DNA from: an uncultured Eubacteriales bacterium
GTDB taxonomy: Bacteria; Bacillota; Clostridia; Oscillospirales; Acutalibacteraceae
Length of the DNA stretch: 58,765 nt
Assembly: GCA_964634675.1 (NCBI GenBank)
Contig: CAZWLH010000001.1
Span: 1 to 58,765, forward strand
Direction: 5' to 3'
A program made the translations under genes and the position numbers. A model generated the notes under the pieces. That model did no database searches and had not been told where the DNA came from. It saw only the letters and a list, made by a program, of their open reading frames with translations. Positions 26,428-34,909 of the stretch are shown in pieces; the stretch's first letter is position 1, and each line of letters opens with the position of its first letter.

Positions 26428-27450
26428 TTATTTAAGCTTGCCGTAAAGCTTTGTACCGTCGGTTTCCTTCGGCTTTGCCGGAGCTGTTGCCTCACCCTCG
26501 GCAGGGCGCTGTGCTCTCGGACGGCCGGAACCGTTTCTGCGGTCGCCTCTGTATCCGCGATTGCCGCGGTTAGCTCTGTCGGAACGCTCATCATAGGGGC
26601 GGAACTGCTTGCCCTCGGGAATGATGACGACACGGCGGCTTGAGCCGTCGCCGACCGAGGTAGAGGAAACACCCTCGATATTCTGAACGGCCGTGTGGAT
26701 AATTCTGCGCTCATAAGGATTCATCGGCTCCAGCGAACGGCTGCGGCCGGTACGAAGCACCTGACCTGCGGTTCTCTTGGCCAAGGCCTCCAAAGTCGAC
26801 TCACGCTTTTCACGGTAATTGCCGATATCGATAACAACACGGTAGTAACCGCCGCCGTTTTCGTTGGCAACAAGCGATGCAAGGTACTGAAGTGCATCCA
26901 AGGTCTCGCCGCGGCGACCGATTATAACACCAAGCTTGTCGCTTCCCTCAAGAACTATCTTAGAACCGCTCTCGATCTCGCAAACGGTGGCATTGACATC
27001 CTCACAGCCGAGCTTTTTCAAGACCTCGGAAAGATAGGCATATGCCTTTCCTGCCTGAGAGTCGGCCGGTACTTCGGAGGCCGGAACGCCTGCCGGCTCG
27101 GCCTTAGGTGCGGCTTCGGTCTTTTCGCTTTCGGCCGTAACGGGCTTTGCTTCACGCTCTGCCTTGGACTTTTCACGGCGCTCGGGACGGGCGTTGTTTT
27201 CCTTATTGTGACGCTTTTCCTTCTTTGCGGGAGCCTCGGCACCCTCTACGTATGCCTTGACCTTTGCATCGGCTCCGCCGAAGAGACCCAAAACCTTCTT
27301 TTTCGGGAAGGCAAGAACCTCAAACTGTACATCCTCATCCAAGCCTGCACAAAGCTTGGCAACTGCATCTTCACGTGCGGCCTCGACGGTTGCGCCGACA
27401 CCGATTGCTTCCTTGATAATCAATTTACTTCCTCCTCCGGGAACGGACAT
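26428..27450 (-). CDS. jag: Jag/KhpB RNA-binding protein (Jag_N + KH + R3H) with long linker and RG-rich tail
   Basis: KH/R3H motifs are present (IIGRRGETLDALQYL; MNPYERRIIHTAV). ATG 27450 abuts the yidC stop. TTG 27423, preceded by GGAGGAGG, is the more likely true start (MIIKEAIGVGATVEAAR). Confidence 0.85.
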   Translation of the reverse strand: MSVPGGGSKLIIKEAIGVGATVEAAREDAVAKLCAGLDEDVQFEVLAFPKKKVLGLFGGADAKVKAYVEGAEAPAKKEKRHNKENNARPERREKSKAEREAKPVTAESEKTEAAPKAEPAGVPASEVPADSQAGKAYAYLSEVLKKLGCEDVNATVCEIESGSKIVLEGSDKLGVIIGRRGETLDALQYLASLVANENGGGYYRVVIDIGNYREKRESTLEALAKRTAGQVLRTGRSRSLEPMNPYERRIIHTAVQNIEGVSSTSVGDGSSRRVVIIPEGKQFRPYDERSDRANRGNRGYRGDRRNGSGRPRAQRPAEGEATAPAKPKETDGTKLYGKLK

Positions 27451-28608
27451 TTATTCAGCATTGCCGTTTTCGGCACGGGCAATGATTTCATTTTCCTTCT
27501 TTGCTCGGGCAATTATACCCTTAGCCTGCTCTCTCGCATTTACGACGGCAGGACCGTAGAACACCTGAGTTACTATTTGTATGCAGCCCGAAACAAGACT
27601 CGAGCACGCCCAATAGAAGCCGACGGCGCAGGGGAAGCCGAAGGCGATATAAAGTGAGAACAACGGCATAACTATCATCATAGCCATCATATTCGGAGCC
27701 TCGGGATTGGCCTTCTTCTGAAGCATCGAGGTTATGATACCCGTAAGCAGTGATGCTGCAAACGAAGCCAACGGAATAAGCCAGCTTATTTGGAAGCCCT
27801 TAATGATATTCCAAGAGAAATCCGGTGTTTCACGAAGATCTATTCCGAAAAGATTGAAGCTGATCTTGTTAAGCTTAGACATATCGCCCTTGTTAGCCTT
27901 GAAGACCTCGGCGATTACCGGCTCATACTTTTCATTGTCGGGATTCAGATATGTAGCGATCTCAACCTCTCTCGTCAAACGGCTCTTGGTGATCTTGCTC
28001 TTTGCGGCATCGACACCGCTGCCGGTCTTATGGCCGTCGGCAATATCACTGAGGATCGAAAGCTTCGCATAGTATGCGGCATCGTGGCCGTTGCCGTTGC
28101 GATCTGCCATGGCAATGACCTCGGGGTCCTCAAGCTTTGCCGAGAGACCGAGGGCTTCCCATTCGGCATCCGAAAGAACAGATTCCTTGTCACCTTCGAC
28201 AACACGTACGTATGAAGTCCATTCGCCTGCGGCGTTAAGCGCAGACTTTTCAACACCCGCAACATAGGTGAACGGGCTCATTATGGCGTAGTAAACGCCC
28301 ATCATAATTATAAGGCGGATTATCATGGGCATACAACCGCCGCCCATTGAAATCCCTTCCTTATTGTAAAGCTCCTGCATGGCCATACTGTATTTCTGGC
28401 GGTCGTCGCCGTACTTTTTCTTCAGTGCGTCAAGCTTGTGCTTGATCTTGGCCTGCTTGGCAGTCGATTTCTGTGTTTTAAGAGTAAGCGGAAGCATAAC
28501 CAGGTTAACGAGTATTGTGAAAACCAATACCGATATCGCAAAGTTATGTCCGAACAGCATACTCAGCTTTGAGAGGATCCAGCCCATAGGCTCGCTAATA
28601 AAACTCAT
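27451..28608 (-). CDS. yidC: YidC/Oxa1 family membrane protein insertase (with ~160-aa extracytoplasmic insertion)
   Basis: 385 aa. It has conserved TM1-C1 coiled coil-TM2 and C-terminal TM3-5 (MMIVMPLFSLYIAFGFPCAVGFYWACSSL), and sits in the rnpA-yidD-yidC-jag context. Confidence 0.9.
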   Translation of the reverse strand: MSFISEPMGWILSKLSMLFGHNFAISVLVFTILVNLVMLPLTLKTQKSTAKQAKIKHKLDALKKKYGDDRQKYSMAMQELYNKEGISMGGGCMPMIIRLIIMMGVYYAIMSPFTYVAGVEKSALNAAGEWTSYVRVVEGDKESVLSDAEWEALGLSAKLEDPEVIAMADRNGNGHDAAYYAKLSILSDIADGHKTGSGVDAAKSKITKSRLTREVEIATYLNPDNEKYEPVIAEVFKANKGDMSKLNKISFNLFGIDLRETPDFSWNIIKGFQISWLIPLASFAASLLTGIITSMLQKKANPEAPNMMAMMIVMPLFSLYIAFGFPCAVGFYWACSSLVSGCIQIVTQVFYGPAVVNAREQAKGIIARAKKENEIIARAENGNAE

Positions 28609-28617
28609 GGCAATTCC

Positions 28618-28899
28618 TTACTTCCGACCGTTTGCTTTGTCGGATAAAAATTCAGTGTCTTTTAAGTTTCGGCCCTTTTTTCTTTTCTTTAAGGGCACGG
28701 GATCATAGCCGCCCTTGCAGGCGGGATTGCACCGACATATTCGCCACACCGTAAGCCCGAAGCCGACCACAGCGCCTCTTTCCCTAAATGCCTCTATCGC
28801 ATACTGCGAGCAGGTCGGACTGAAGCGGCAGCACGGCGGCTTAAGCGGCGATATAAACCTTCGGTAAAGCTTTACCAGTGCAATAAATAAGTATTTCAT
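28618..28899 (-). CDS. yidD: Membrane protein insertion efficiency factor YidD
   Basis: 93 aa with the conserved motif YRRFISPLKPPCCRFSPTCSQYAIEA...RCNP...GYDPVP. Confidence 0.85.
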   Translation of the reverse strand: MKYLFIALVKLYRRFISPLKPPCCRFSPTCSQYAIEAFRERGAVVGFGLTVWRICRCNPACKGGYDPVPLKKRKKGRNLKDTEFLSDKANGRK

Positions 28900-29243
28900 T
28901 TGTCATCCGACGGAATAAGTCCGCCTGCTTTAAGATGCTTTTTCATAACAGACGCCACATCGTAGCTTTTTGCCGCAACGGTTCTTGACCGTGCGACAAA
29001 AACAATATCCGCTCCGCCGCAGTCGACCGATCCGAAGCATTCTCTTGCGGCGGCTTCGATAACACGGCGAGCGCGATTTCGCTCAACGGCACCTCCGACC
29101 TTCTTGCCGGTGGTTATGCCGTAGCGTATGAGACCTCTTCTGTTCGGGATGATGTATGTAACCAGCAACGGATGCACCTGCGATTTTCCTCTGCCGTAAA
29201 GACGCCTGAAATCCTTATTAAGATTAAGCTTAACAGCGTCCAT
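28896..29243 (-). CDS. rnpA: Ribonuclease P protein component
   Basis: Start set at ATG 29243 (MDAVKLNLNKDFRRLYGRGK), giving 115 aa. It follows rpmH as in most bacteria. Confidence 0.9.
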   Translation of the reverse strand: MDAVKLNLNKDFRRLYGRGKSQVHPLLVTYIIPNRRGLIRYGITTGKKVGGAVERNRARRVIEAAARECFGSVDCGGADIVFVARSRTVAAKSYDVASVMKKHLKAGGLIPSDDK

Positions 29244-29298
29244 TTTCACCCTTCCGTTCAACCTCAAATTTATGAAAGGTCACATAAGTGACCTTTCA

Positions 29299-29433
29299 TC
29301 AGTAGGTAAGGCTCTGTCTGCCCTTTGCTCTGCGGCGGGCAAGTACCTTGCGGCCGTTGGCGGTGGACATTCTCTTGCGGAAGCCGTGCTCCTTCATTCT
29401 GTGGAGCTTCTTGGGCTGATATGTTCTCTTCAT
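29299..29433 (-). CDS. rpmH: 50S ribosomal protein L34
   Basis: 44 aa, [44 protein letters not shown], with GGAGTG RBS. Confidence 0.95.
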   Translation of the reverse strand: MKRTYQPKKLHRMKEHGFRKRMSTANGRKVLARRRAKGRQSLTY

Positions 29434-29519
29434 CTGTTTCACTCCTTTTTTCGGTACGTGAGGCAATCCCAAAGCTTTAAAAAGCAAAAACATTTTGGGA
29501 CATAACCTATCAAGTTAGA

Positions 29520-29549
29520 ATTATAACTCAATTATTGCCCTTCTGTCAA
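29520..29549 (-). promoter_or_regulatory. Sigma-70-type promoter of rpmH-rnpA-yidD-yidC-jag
   Basis: On the minus strand: TTGACA (29549-29544), 18 nt, TATAAT (29525-29520). Confidence 0.6.
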
Positions 29550-29580
29550 CATAATTTTTTCGTTTATTCCGTTTTTTTAT

Positions 29581-29612
29581 AAAAAAATTCTGTGTTTTAG
29601 GCTTTAACACAG
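29581..29612 (-). terminator. Rho-independent terminator after the XRE gene
   Basis: On the minus strand: CTGTGTT-aaagcctaa-AACACAG followed by AATTTTTTT. Confidence 0.65.
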
Positions 29613-29628
29613 TAAAACTTCGGGAAAT

Positions 29629-30027
29629 TTATTTCAAAGTCGCCGCCTGCTCGAGTTCCTGAGCCGATATCGTGAGCTTTGAAAGCATAATTCCGGTCGC
29701 AAGCTCAACGGCATCCAACAGCCGCTCCTTAACCTCGCTGCTCATCGGAGCTCCGTTTACAAGAATTCCTCCGTGCTTAAAGCGGTCGCTCATTTCCTTT
29801 ATAATATCCGAGGCTTCTCTCGAAAACGGACCGACACCGAGCAGACTGTCGGCCGAAACCGAAAAAATACCACATAGCTTTATCAGCATCGTGCCGTCGG
29901 GACACCGTCTTCCCTGCTCATACATTCCGACGGTGCTCGGAGCGACCTCCAAAAGCTTGGCAAGCTCAACTTGAGTCATTCCGGCTCTCATTCTCAGGAA
30001 TTTTATCCTGCTGCCGATCTGCTTCAT
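29629..30027 (-). CDS. XRE family helix-turn-helix transcriptional regulator
   Basis: Start set at ATG 30027 (MKQIGSRIKFLRMRAGMTQVELAKLLEVAPSTVGMYEQGRRCP), giving 132 aa. It has a Cro/C1-type HTH and a ~65-aa C-terminal domain. Confidence 0.8.
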   Translation of the reverse strand: MKQIGSRIKFLRMRAGMTQVELAKLLEVAPSTVGMYEQGRRCPDGTMLIKLCGIFSVSADSLLGVGPFSREASDIIKEMSDRFKHGGILVNGAPMSSEVKERLLDAVELATGIMLSKLTISAQELEQAATLK

Positions 30028-30238
30028 ATAAATAACAAGTCCTTTCAAAGCGGTATGACAACACCGTCTTTCTTCGGCAACCTCTTGCCTGTCTTTCATT
30101 ATTATAATACCACACGGCGAGCTTATTTTCAACGATTTTCGTTTGTAGCTTTTACTATATTTTGGCAACAAGTTTGCTCTAACGTTTGTACAATAATTAG
30201 TCAATTACACGAAATGTGTGATTTTCGACAAAATTTCC

Positions 30239-30267
30239 TTGATTTTATACCTATGCCGTGCTAATAT
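30239..30267 (+). promoter_or_regulatory. Sigma-70-type promoter of the small-ORF/sigma-like pair
   Basis: TTGATT (30239-30244), 17 nt, TAATAT (30262-30267). The palindrome ACACgaaatGTGT lies about 30 nt upstream. Confidence 0.45.
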
Positions 30268-30326
30268 TTGAGCATAAGGAATGCCAATTTTTGGTATTTT
30301 CGATATTAAACACGGAGGTAATACCA

Positions 30327-30539
30327 ATGGATCTATTCACGCTCGGACAACAATACCTTTACCGCGCCGATGAACTGCTCGGGAAAATACACAGTCTGAA
30401 CTCGCAGATACGGCTGCTCAGCGGCAACGAAAGGATCCTTATGCAACGCAGAATAACATCGCTTTATACCGATGCCGCCAACTGCCGCAACTGTGCAAAG
30501 CGGCTTATGAATTACCGCGAAAAGGAGCAAAGCAAATGA
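30327..30539 (+). CDS. Small hypothetical coiled-coil protein (70 aa)
   Basis: ATG 30327 has GGAGG 8 nt upstream. Its stop overlaps the next start (ATGA), so the two are translationally coupled to the sigma-like gene. Confidence 0.55.
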   Translation: MDLFTLGQQYLYRADELLGKIHSLNSQIRLLSGNERILMQRRITSLYTDAANCRNCAKRLMNYREKEQSK

Positions 30540-30850
30540 CAAGGACGACCTTCAGTCTTGAGATTTTCGGCGACCGTTTGCCGATTTCCGATATCTATGA
30601 GCACGGAACCAACGAAAAGCGTATCCGCCTTATGAAAGCACTTCTGAGAAAGGCGATGACCTCCGAGCTGACCGAAAAGCAGTATACGATCGTCAACGAA
30701 TTTTATTTCAACGGCGCCTCGGTCACCGAAATCGCCGAAAAGTACGGCGTCAGCAAATCCACAGTTTCACGCCATTTAAGTCGGGCAAGAGACCGCTTAA
30801 AGTGCGTTATGAAGTACGGAATGTTCCCATTATGGGCAGATGACACCTGA
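30536..30850 (+). CDS. Sigma-70 region-4-like helix-turn-helix DNA-binding protein
   Basis: 104 aa. LTEKQYTIVNEFYFNGASVTEIAEKYGVSKSTVSRHLSRARDRL matches the region 4.2 / YlxM-like HTH pattern. Confidence 0.7.
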   Translation: MTRTTFSLEIFGDRLPISDIYEHGTNEKRIRLMKALLRKAMTSELTEKQYTIVNEFYFNGASVTEIAEKYGVSKSTVSRHLSRARDRLKCVMKYGMFPLWADDT

Positions 30851-30915
30851 GCTTAATTTTAAAAACACAACGGCACACCTCAGTTATGAGGTGTGCCGAG
30901 CGAATAATCCGATAT

Positions 30916-31602
30916 TTAAAGCAGATAAAGTCCCGAATCGAGCACCGCAAATTCTCTGCCGTCAACACGGATGTATCTGTGCACGGGCTCATCGAAGGAT
31001 GCACGCTCACGCACGGTATAGGTCTTCATATTGACCTCGAGAATATTCTGTGCCTTGGAGTTGCAAACAACAAGCTGACCCTCCGGCTCGTTTATCCAAA
31101 GTCCCTTGGGACCCGAGAATGAAGAATCATTTGAGCCGCCGATTCTCAGCTCCTCACGCATGGTGCGGAGGTTAAAGCGGATAAGCGCATTGCGGTCGGG
31201 GAAGGATGCCCACAGTGTGTGACCCTCGTGTGCGACCGCCGAGGGGCCGCAATCCTTATATCTTATGGTGCCCTGCCACTCGGTAAAGCCGTCACGGTCG
31301 ACTATTTTGGCATCGCCCTCCTTAGTGACGATGAAAACACCGCCGCCGTCAAGCTTGGCACAGCTGCAGGTTATAAATTCACTCGACTGCAGACCGACCT
31401 TGGGATATACCTCACCGAATTTGATAAATTCATAGTCGGCACGTGTTCTGCTCGAAACGGTACCGTCGTCAAGCTGAACCGATTTATAGGAGACAACTAT
31501 TTTGTCCTCGACCTCATTGCGGCGGTAAACAACTATAAAACCGCCGTCAAAATCAAGTATATCATATATATCATCGGAAAATAACTTCTTCACTTTACAC
31601 AT
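30916..31602 (-). CDS. Hypothetical protein, beta-propeller-like, no signal peptide
   Basis: ORF trimmed to ATG 31602; GTG 31593 has better RBS spacing. It is beta-strand rich with repeated G-hydrophobic blade-like segments. No family recognised. Confidence 0.55.
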   Translation of the reverse strand: MCKVKKLFSDDIYDILDFDGGFIVVYRRNEVEDKIVVSYKSVQLDDGTVSSRTRADYEFIKFGEVYPKVGLQSSEFITCSCAKLDGGGVFIVTKEGDAKIVDRDGFTEWQGTIRYKDCGPSAVAHEGHTLWASFPDRNALIRFNLRTMREELRIGGSNDSSFSGPKGLWINEPEGQLVVCNSKAQNILEVNMKTYTVRERASFDEPVHRYIRVDGREFAVLDSGLYLL

Positions 31603-31865
31603 TCCTTCTAAAAACTCATATTTATTACATTGTAGCCTAAAACTCTTCGGATTGCAACGGCGATTTTGAAATTTCTCAACATTTTTTTGCTTTATGCGAC
31701 AAAGAGTCATCGAAAAGCCGCAGAAAGCAATAACTTTTCGGTGTCCCGATCGGCTTTTCGGCATAAAATGTATCAAAGTCGGAAAAAATCCGATTAAACC
31801 TTAAACCCGACGGCAAAAATATAAACGCAAGCAAATCAGACCTAAAACAGGAGAGTGAAACCCAA

Positions 31866-32216
31866 GTGACAGTTAAAAGAGGCGACATTTATTATGCAGA
31901 CCTAAGTCCCGTCGTCGGCTCCGAGCAGGGAGGAATACGTCCAGTACTTATCGTTCAAAACGACATCGGAAACAAATTCAGTCCGACGGTCATTGCGGCC
32001 GCCATAACAAGTCAGCGCGGCAAAACCGATCTTCCGACCCATATTAAGGTCAACGCCGACGGTTGCGGTCTGTCAAAGGATTCGATAGTCCTGCTCGAGC
32101 AGGTACGTACGATAGACAAGCAGCGGCTTAAGGAAAAAATGGGCAGTCTTGACACCGGCTCTATGAACCGGATCGACAGAGCGCTGTCGGTGAGCTTCGG
32201 CCTCGACGGATTTTAA
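31866..32216 (+). CDS. mazF: Type II toxin MazF/PemK family endoribonuclease (NdoA/EndoA-like)
   Basis: 116 aa with a GTG start and AGGAGAG RBS. The N-terminus VKRGDIYYADLSPVVGSEQGGIRPVLIVQNDIGNKFSPT closely resembles my recollection of Bacillus subtilis NdoA. Confidence 0.9.
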   Translation: MTVKRGDIYYADLSPVVGSEQGGIRPVLIVQNDIGNKFSPTVIAAAITSQRGKTDLPTHIKVNADGCGLSKDSIVLLEQVRTIDKQRLKEKMGSLDTGSMNRIDRALSVSFGLDGF

Positions 32217-32258
32217 CTGCGGCTTCCCGAGCATTGCGTTCGGGAAGCTTTTTACCGA

Positions 32259-33023
32259 TCAATCCTTTTTCTGCTGCTTCAGCCAGATTTTCATAACGAG
32301 CTTATGCGGCAAAAGCTTTGTGAGCAGCACTTGGAAGCGTATCGAAGCACCGCAGACCGAAACATCCTTGGATTTTTTCATATCACGCAGTGCTCGCTCA
32401 ACGACCTGCTCGGGAGTGAAAAATTTATTGTAGTAGGTTATAACGCTTTCATCGGTCACCGCACGGTCAAAAAACTCGGTTTTGACCCAGCTGGGACAAA
32501 CCGCCATCATCTTGATGCCGCTTTTGCGAAGCTCGGCATTGACGGCTCTTGTGAACGAGAGCACAAATGCCTTGGTCGCACCGTAAACGCCGATATACGG
32601 CACCGGCTGAAATGACGAAAGCGAATCGACCTGATATACCTCGGAGCCTTCTTTAAGATAAGGCATTGTCAGATAGGTCATTGCGACCAGTGCTTTGTCG
32701 TTGAGATCGATCATACCGAGCTGTTCCGACAGCGGAATGTCGGTAAAGGCACCGAATTTGCCGTATCCGCCCGCATTGACGAGCACTCCGACCTCGGGCG
32801 AATACTTTTCCAAAAGTGCTTTGTACTCATCAAGCGATTCCTGCTTTGTGAGATCCAACGGCAGACATCTTACCTCACACGGAAGCTCATCCTTAAGCGA
32901 ATTCAGTCGGTCGGCACGTCTTGCGATGACCCAAACCTCATCAAAGCTTTGAGCGTTACATATACGGCGTGCGAACTCACGTCCCATTCCGCTCGATGCA
33001 CCTGTAAATACGGCTATTCTCAT
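32259..33023 (-). CDS. SDR family oxidoreductase
   Basis: 254 aa with TGASSGMG cofactor motif and YGATK catalytic motif. Confidence 0.9.
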   Translation of the reverse strand: MRIAVFTGASSGMGREFARRICNAQSFDEVWVIARRADRLNSLKDELPCEVRCLPLDLTKQESLDEYKALLEKYSPEVGVLVNAGGYGKFGAFTDIPLSEQLGMIDLNDKALVAMTYLTMPYLKEGSEVYQVDSLSSFQPVPYIGVYGATKAFVLSFTRAVNAELRKSGIKMMAVCPSWVKTEFFDRAVTDESVITYYNKFFTPEQVVERALRDMKKSKDVSVCGASIRFQVLLTKLLPHKLVMKIWLKQQKKD

Positions 33024-34909
33024 TTCACGTCACCTCGCTGCTTTTCGAGATAGATCAGAAGCACGGTTATATCGGCAGGACTTACTCCCGATATTCTCGA
33101 TGCCTGACCTATACTCGAGGGCATTATTTTTTTCAGTTTTTCAACGGCTTCAAGTCTTAAGCCTTTTATATCGTCATAGCAAATATCTTCGGGCAGCTTG
33201 CGGCCTTCAAGTCTCTCGGTCTCACGCACCTGAGCCGCCTGCCGCTCGATATAGCCCGAATACTTTATCTCGGTCTCGACCCTTTCGGCAATCTCTTCGG
33301 GCAGAGTCGGACGGTCGGTATCAAACGGTGCAAGGCAAAAATAATCAAGCTGAGGACGTCTTATGAGATCGGAAAGCCTCACACCTGTCTTTATGGGAAC
33401 CGTACCCTTTTCGGAAAGCAGTGAATTCAAGCCGTCGCTCGGCGGCAGGAACTTGCTTTCCACCCTTAAAAACTCTGCGTTTTTCAGTCGGAGACGTTCT
33501 TTAAAGGCTTCGTAGTCCTCACTTTTCAAAAGTCCTATCTCATAGCCTATCGGACTCAGGCGTTCGTCGGCATTGTCCTGTCTCAGCAAAAGTCGGTACT
33601 CCGAGCGTGAGGTCATCATTCTGTACGGGTCTGAGCACCCCTTGGTGCAAAGATCGTCGATAAGCGTGCCGATATACGAGCCGGAACGCGGCAATACCAA
33701 CGGCTCTTTGCCCTTAACCTTTAAGGCGGCATTTATTCCGGCAACAAGTCCCTGTGCCGCCGCCTCCTCATAGCCCGAGGAGCCGTTAAACTGACCTGCG
33801 CCGAACAGTCCGTCACAAGACTTGACCTCAAGCGTGGTCTTAAGCGCCAACGGGTCGATGCAGGAATACTCTATTGCATAAGCATTACGCATAACCTGCA
33901 CGTTTTCAAGACCCTTAATGGTTCTGTAAAACTCTATTTGCACTTCCTCGGGGAGCGATGACGACATTCCCTGCAAATACATCTCCTCCGTATCGGCTCC
34001 GCAGGGCTCGATAAAGAGCTGGTGTCTCTGCTTGTCGGCAAAACGGACTATTTTATCCTCAAGGCTCGGGCAGTATCTCGGCCCAACACCCTCGATAACA
34101 CCGGCATAAAGCGGCGAACGGTGCAGATTTTTGAGGATGACCTCCTTGGTTTTGTCGTTTGTATACGAAATATAGCATACCGCACCGTTGTTGACGGTTT
34201 TCGGATCGGTAGTAAAGCTGAACGGGGTGACGGTCTCGTCGCCGGGCTGTACCTCAAGCTCGGAAAAATCTATGCTTGAGCGCAGGACCCTTGCCGGAGT
34301 CCCCGTTTTGAACCGTCTGAGCGGAAGTCCCAATTTCAATAAGCTTTCTTCAAGTCCAACCGACGGAAACATTCCGTCGGGTCCGCTTTCATAGTTGACC
34401 TCACCGACGTATATCCGCCCCTTAAGATAAGTCCCCGTTGCAAGAATAACGGTCTTCGAAACATATTCGGCACCGAGCTTGGTAATGCAGTGCCAACCGT
34501 CGTCACTGCGGCCGATATCGGTGATCTCGGCCTGTCTTAAATGCAGATTTTCGGTGGTCTCAAGCGTATGCTTCATAACCGCCGCATAGGCACGTCGGTC
34601 GACCTGAGCACGCAGACTGTGAACGGCGGGTCCCTTTCCGCGATTGAGCATTCGGTTTTGTATCGTGGTCTTATCGGCGGCCTTTCCCATCTCGCCGCCC
34701 AAGGCATCTATCTCACGCACAAGGTGACCCTTTGCGGTACCGCCTATCGAAGGATTGCAGGGCATATTTCCCACGGCGTCCATATTTATCGTAAATATCG
34801 CCGTTTTACAGCCCATTCTTGCGGCGGCCAAAGCCGCCTCGATACCGGCGTGACCCGCACCGATAACCGTAACATCATAGTTTCCGGCAAAATAACTCAT
34901 TTTCTTCAC
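33020..34909 (-). CDS. mnmG: tRNA uridine-5-carboxymethylaminomethyl(34) synthesis enzyme MnmG (GidA)
   Basis: 629 aa with FAD motif VIGAGHAGIEAA and conserved GidA blocks. Confidence 0.95.
   Translation of the reverse strand: MKKMSYFAGNYDVTVIGAGHAGIEAALAAARMGCKTAIFTINMDAVGNMPCNPSIGGTAKGHLVREIDALGGEMGKAADKTTIQNRMLNRGKGPAVHSLRAQVDRRAYAAVMKHTLETTENLHLRQAEITDIGRSDDGWHCITKLGAEYVSKTVILATGTYLKGRIYVGEVNYESGPDGMFPSVGLEESLLKLGLPLRRFKTGTPARVLRSSIDFSELEVQPGDETVTPFSFTTDPKTVNNGAVCYISYTNDKTKEVILKNLHRSPLYAGVIEGVGPRYCPSLEDKIVRFADKQRHQLFIEPCGADTEEMYLQGMSSSLPEEVQIEFYRTIKGLENVQVMRNAYAIEYSCIDPLALKTTLEVKSCDGLFGAGQFNGSSGYEEAAAQGLVAGINAALKVKGKEPLVLPRSGSYIGTLIDDLCTKGCSDPYRMMTSRSEYRLLLRQDNADERLSPIGYEIGLLKSEDYEAFKERLRLKNAEFLRVESKFLPPSDGLNSLLSEKGTVPIKTGVRLSDLIRRPQLDYFCLAPFDTDRPTLPEEIAERVETEIKYSGYIERQAAQVRETERLEGRKLPEDICYDDIKGLRLEAVEKLKKIMPSSIGQASRISGVSPADITVLLIYLEKQRGDVK

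Noticed and set aside
26295-26714. N-terminal 140 codons of the 200-aa minus-strand ORF 26112-26714.
   Set aside because: This part overlaps the jag 3' end in another frame, crosses the jag terminator and is Ala/Ser/Arg/Pro-rich. Only the last 60 codons (DUF951) have an RBS and a recognisable family pattern.
31694-31804. 36-codon ORF (MRQRVIEKPQKAITFRCPDRLFGIKCIKVGKNPIKP) upstream of mazF as a possible mini-antitoxin.
   Set aside because: It has no RBS, ends 61 nt before mazF, is far shorter than known MazE/RHH antitoxins and shows only a vague beta-strand-like ITF motif.
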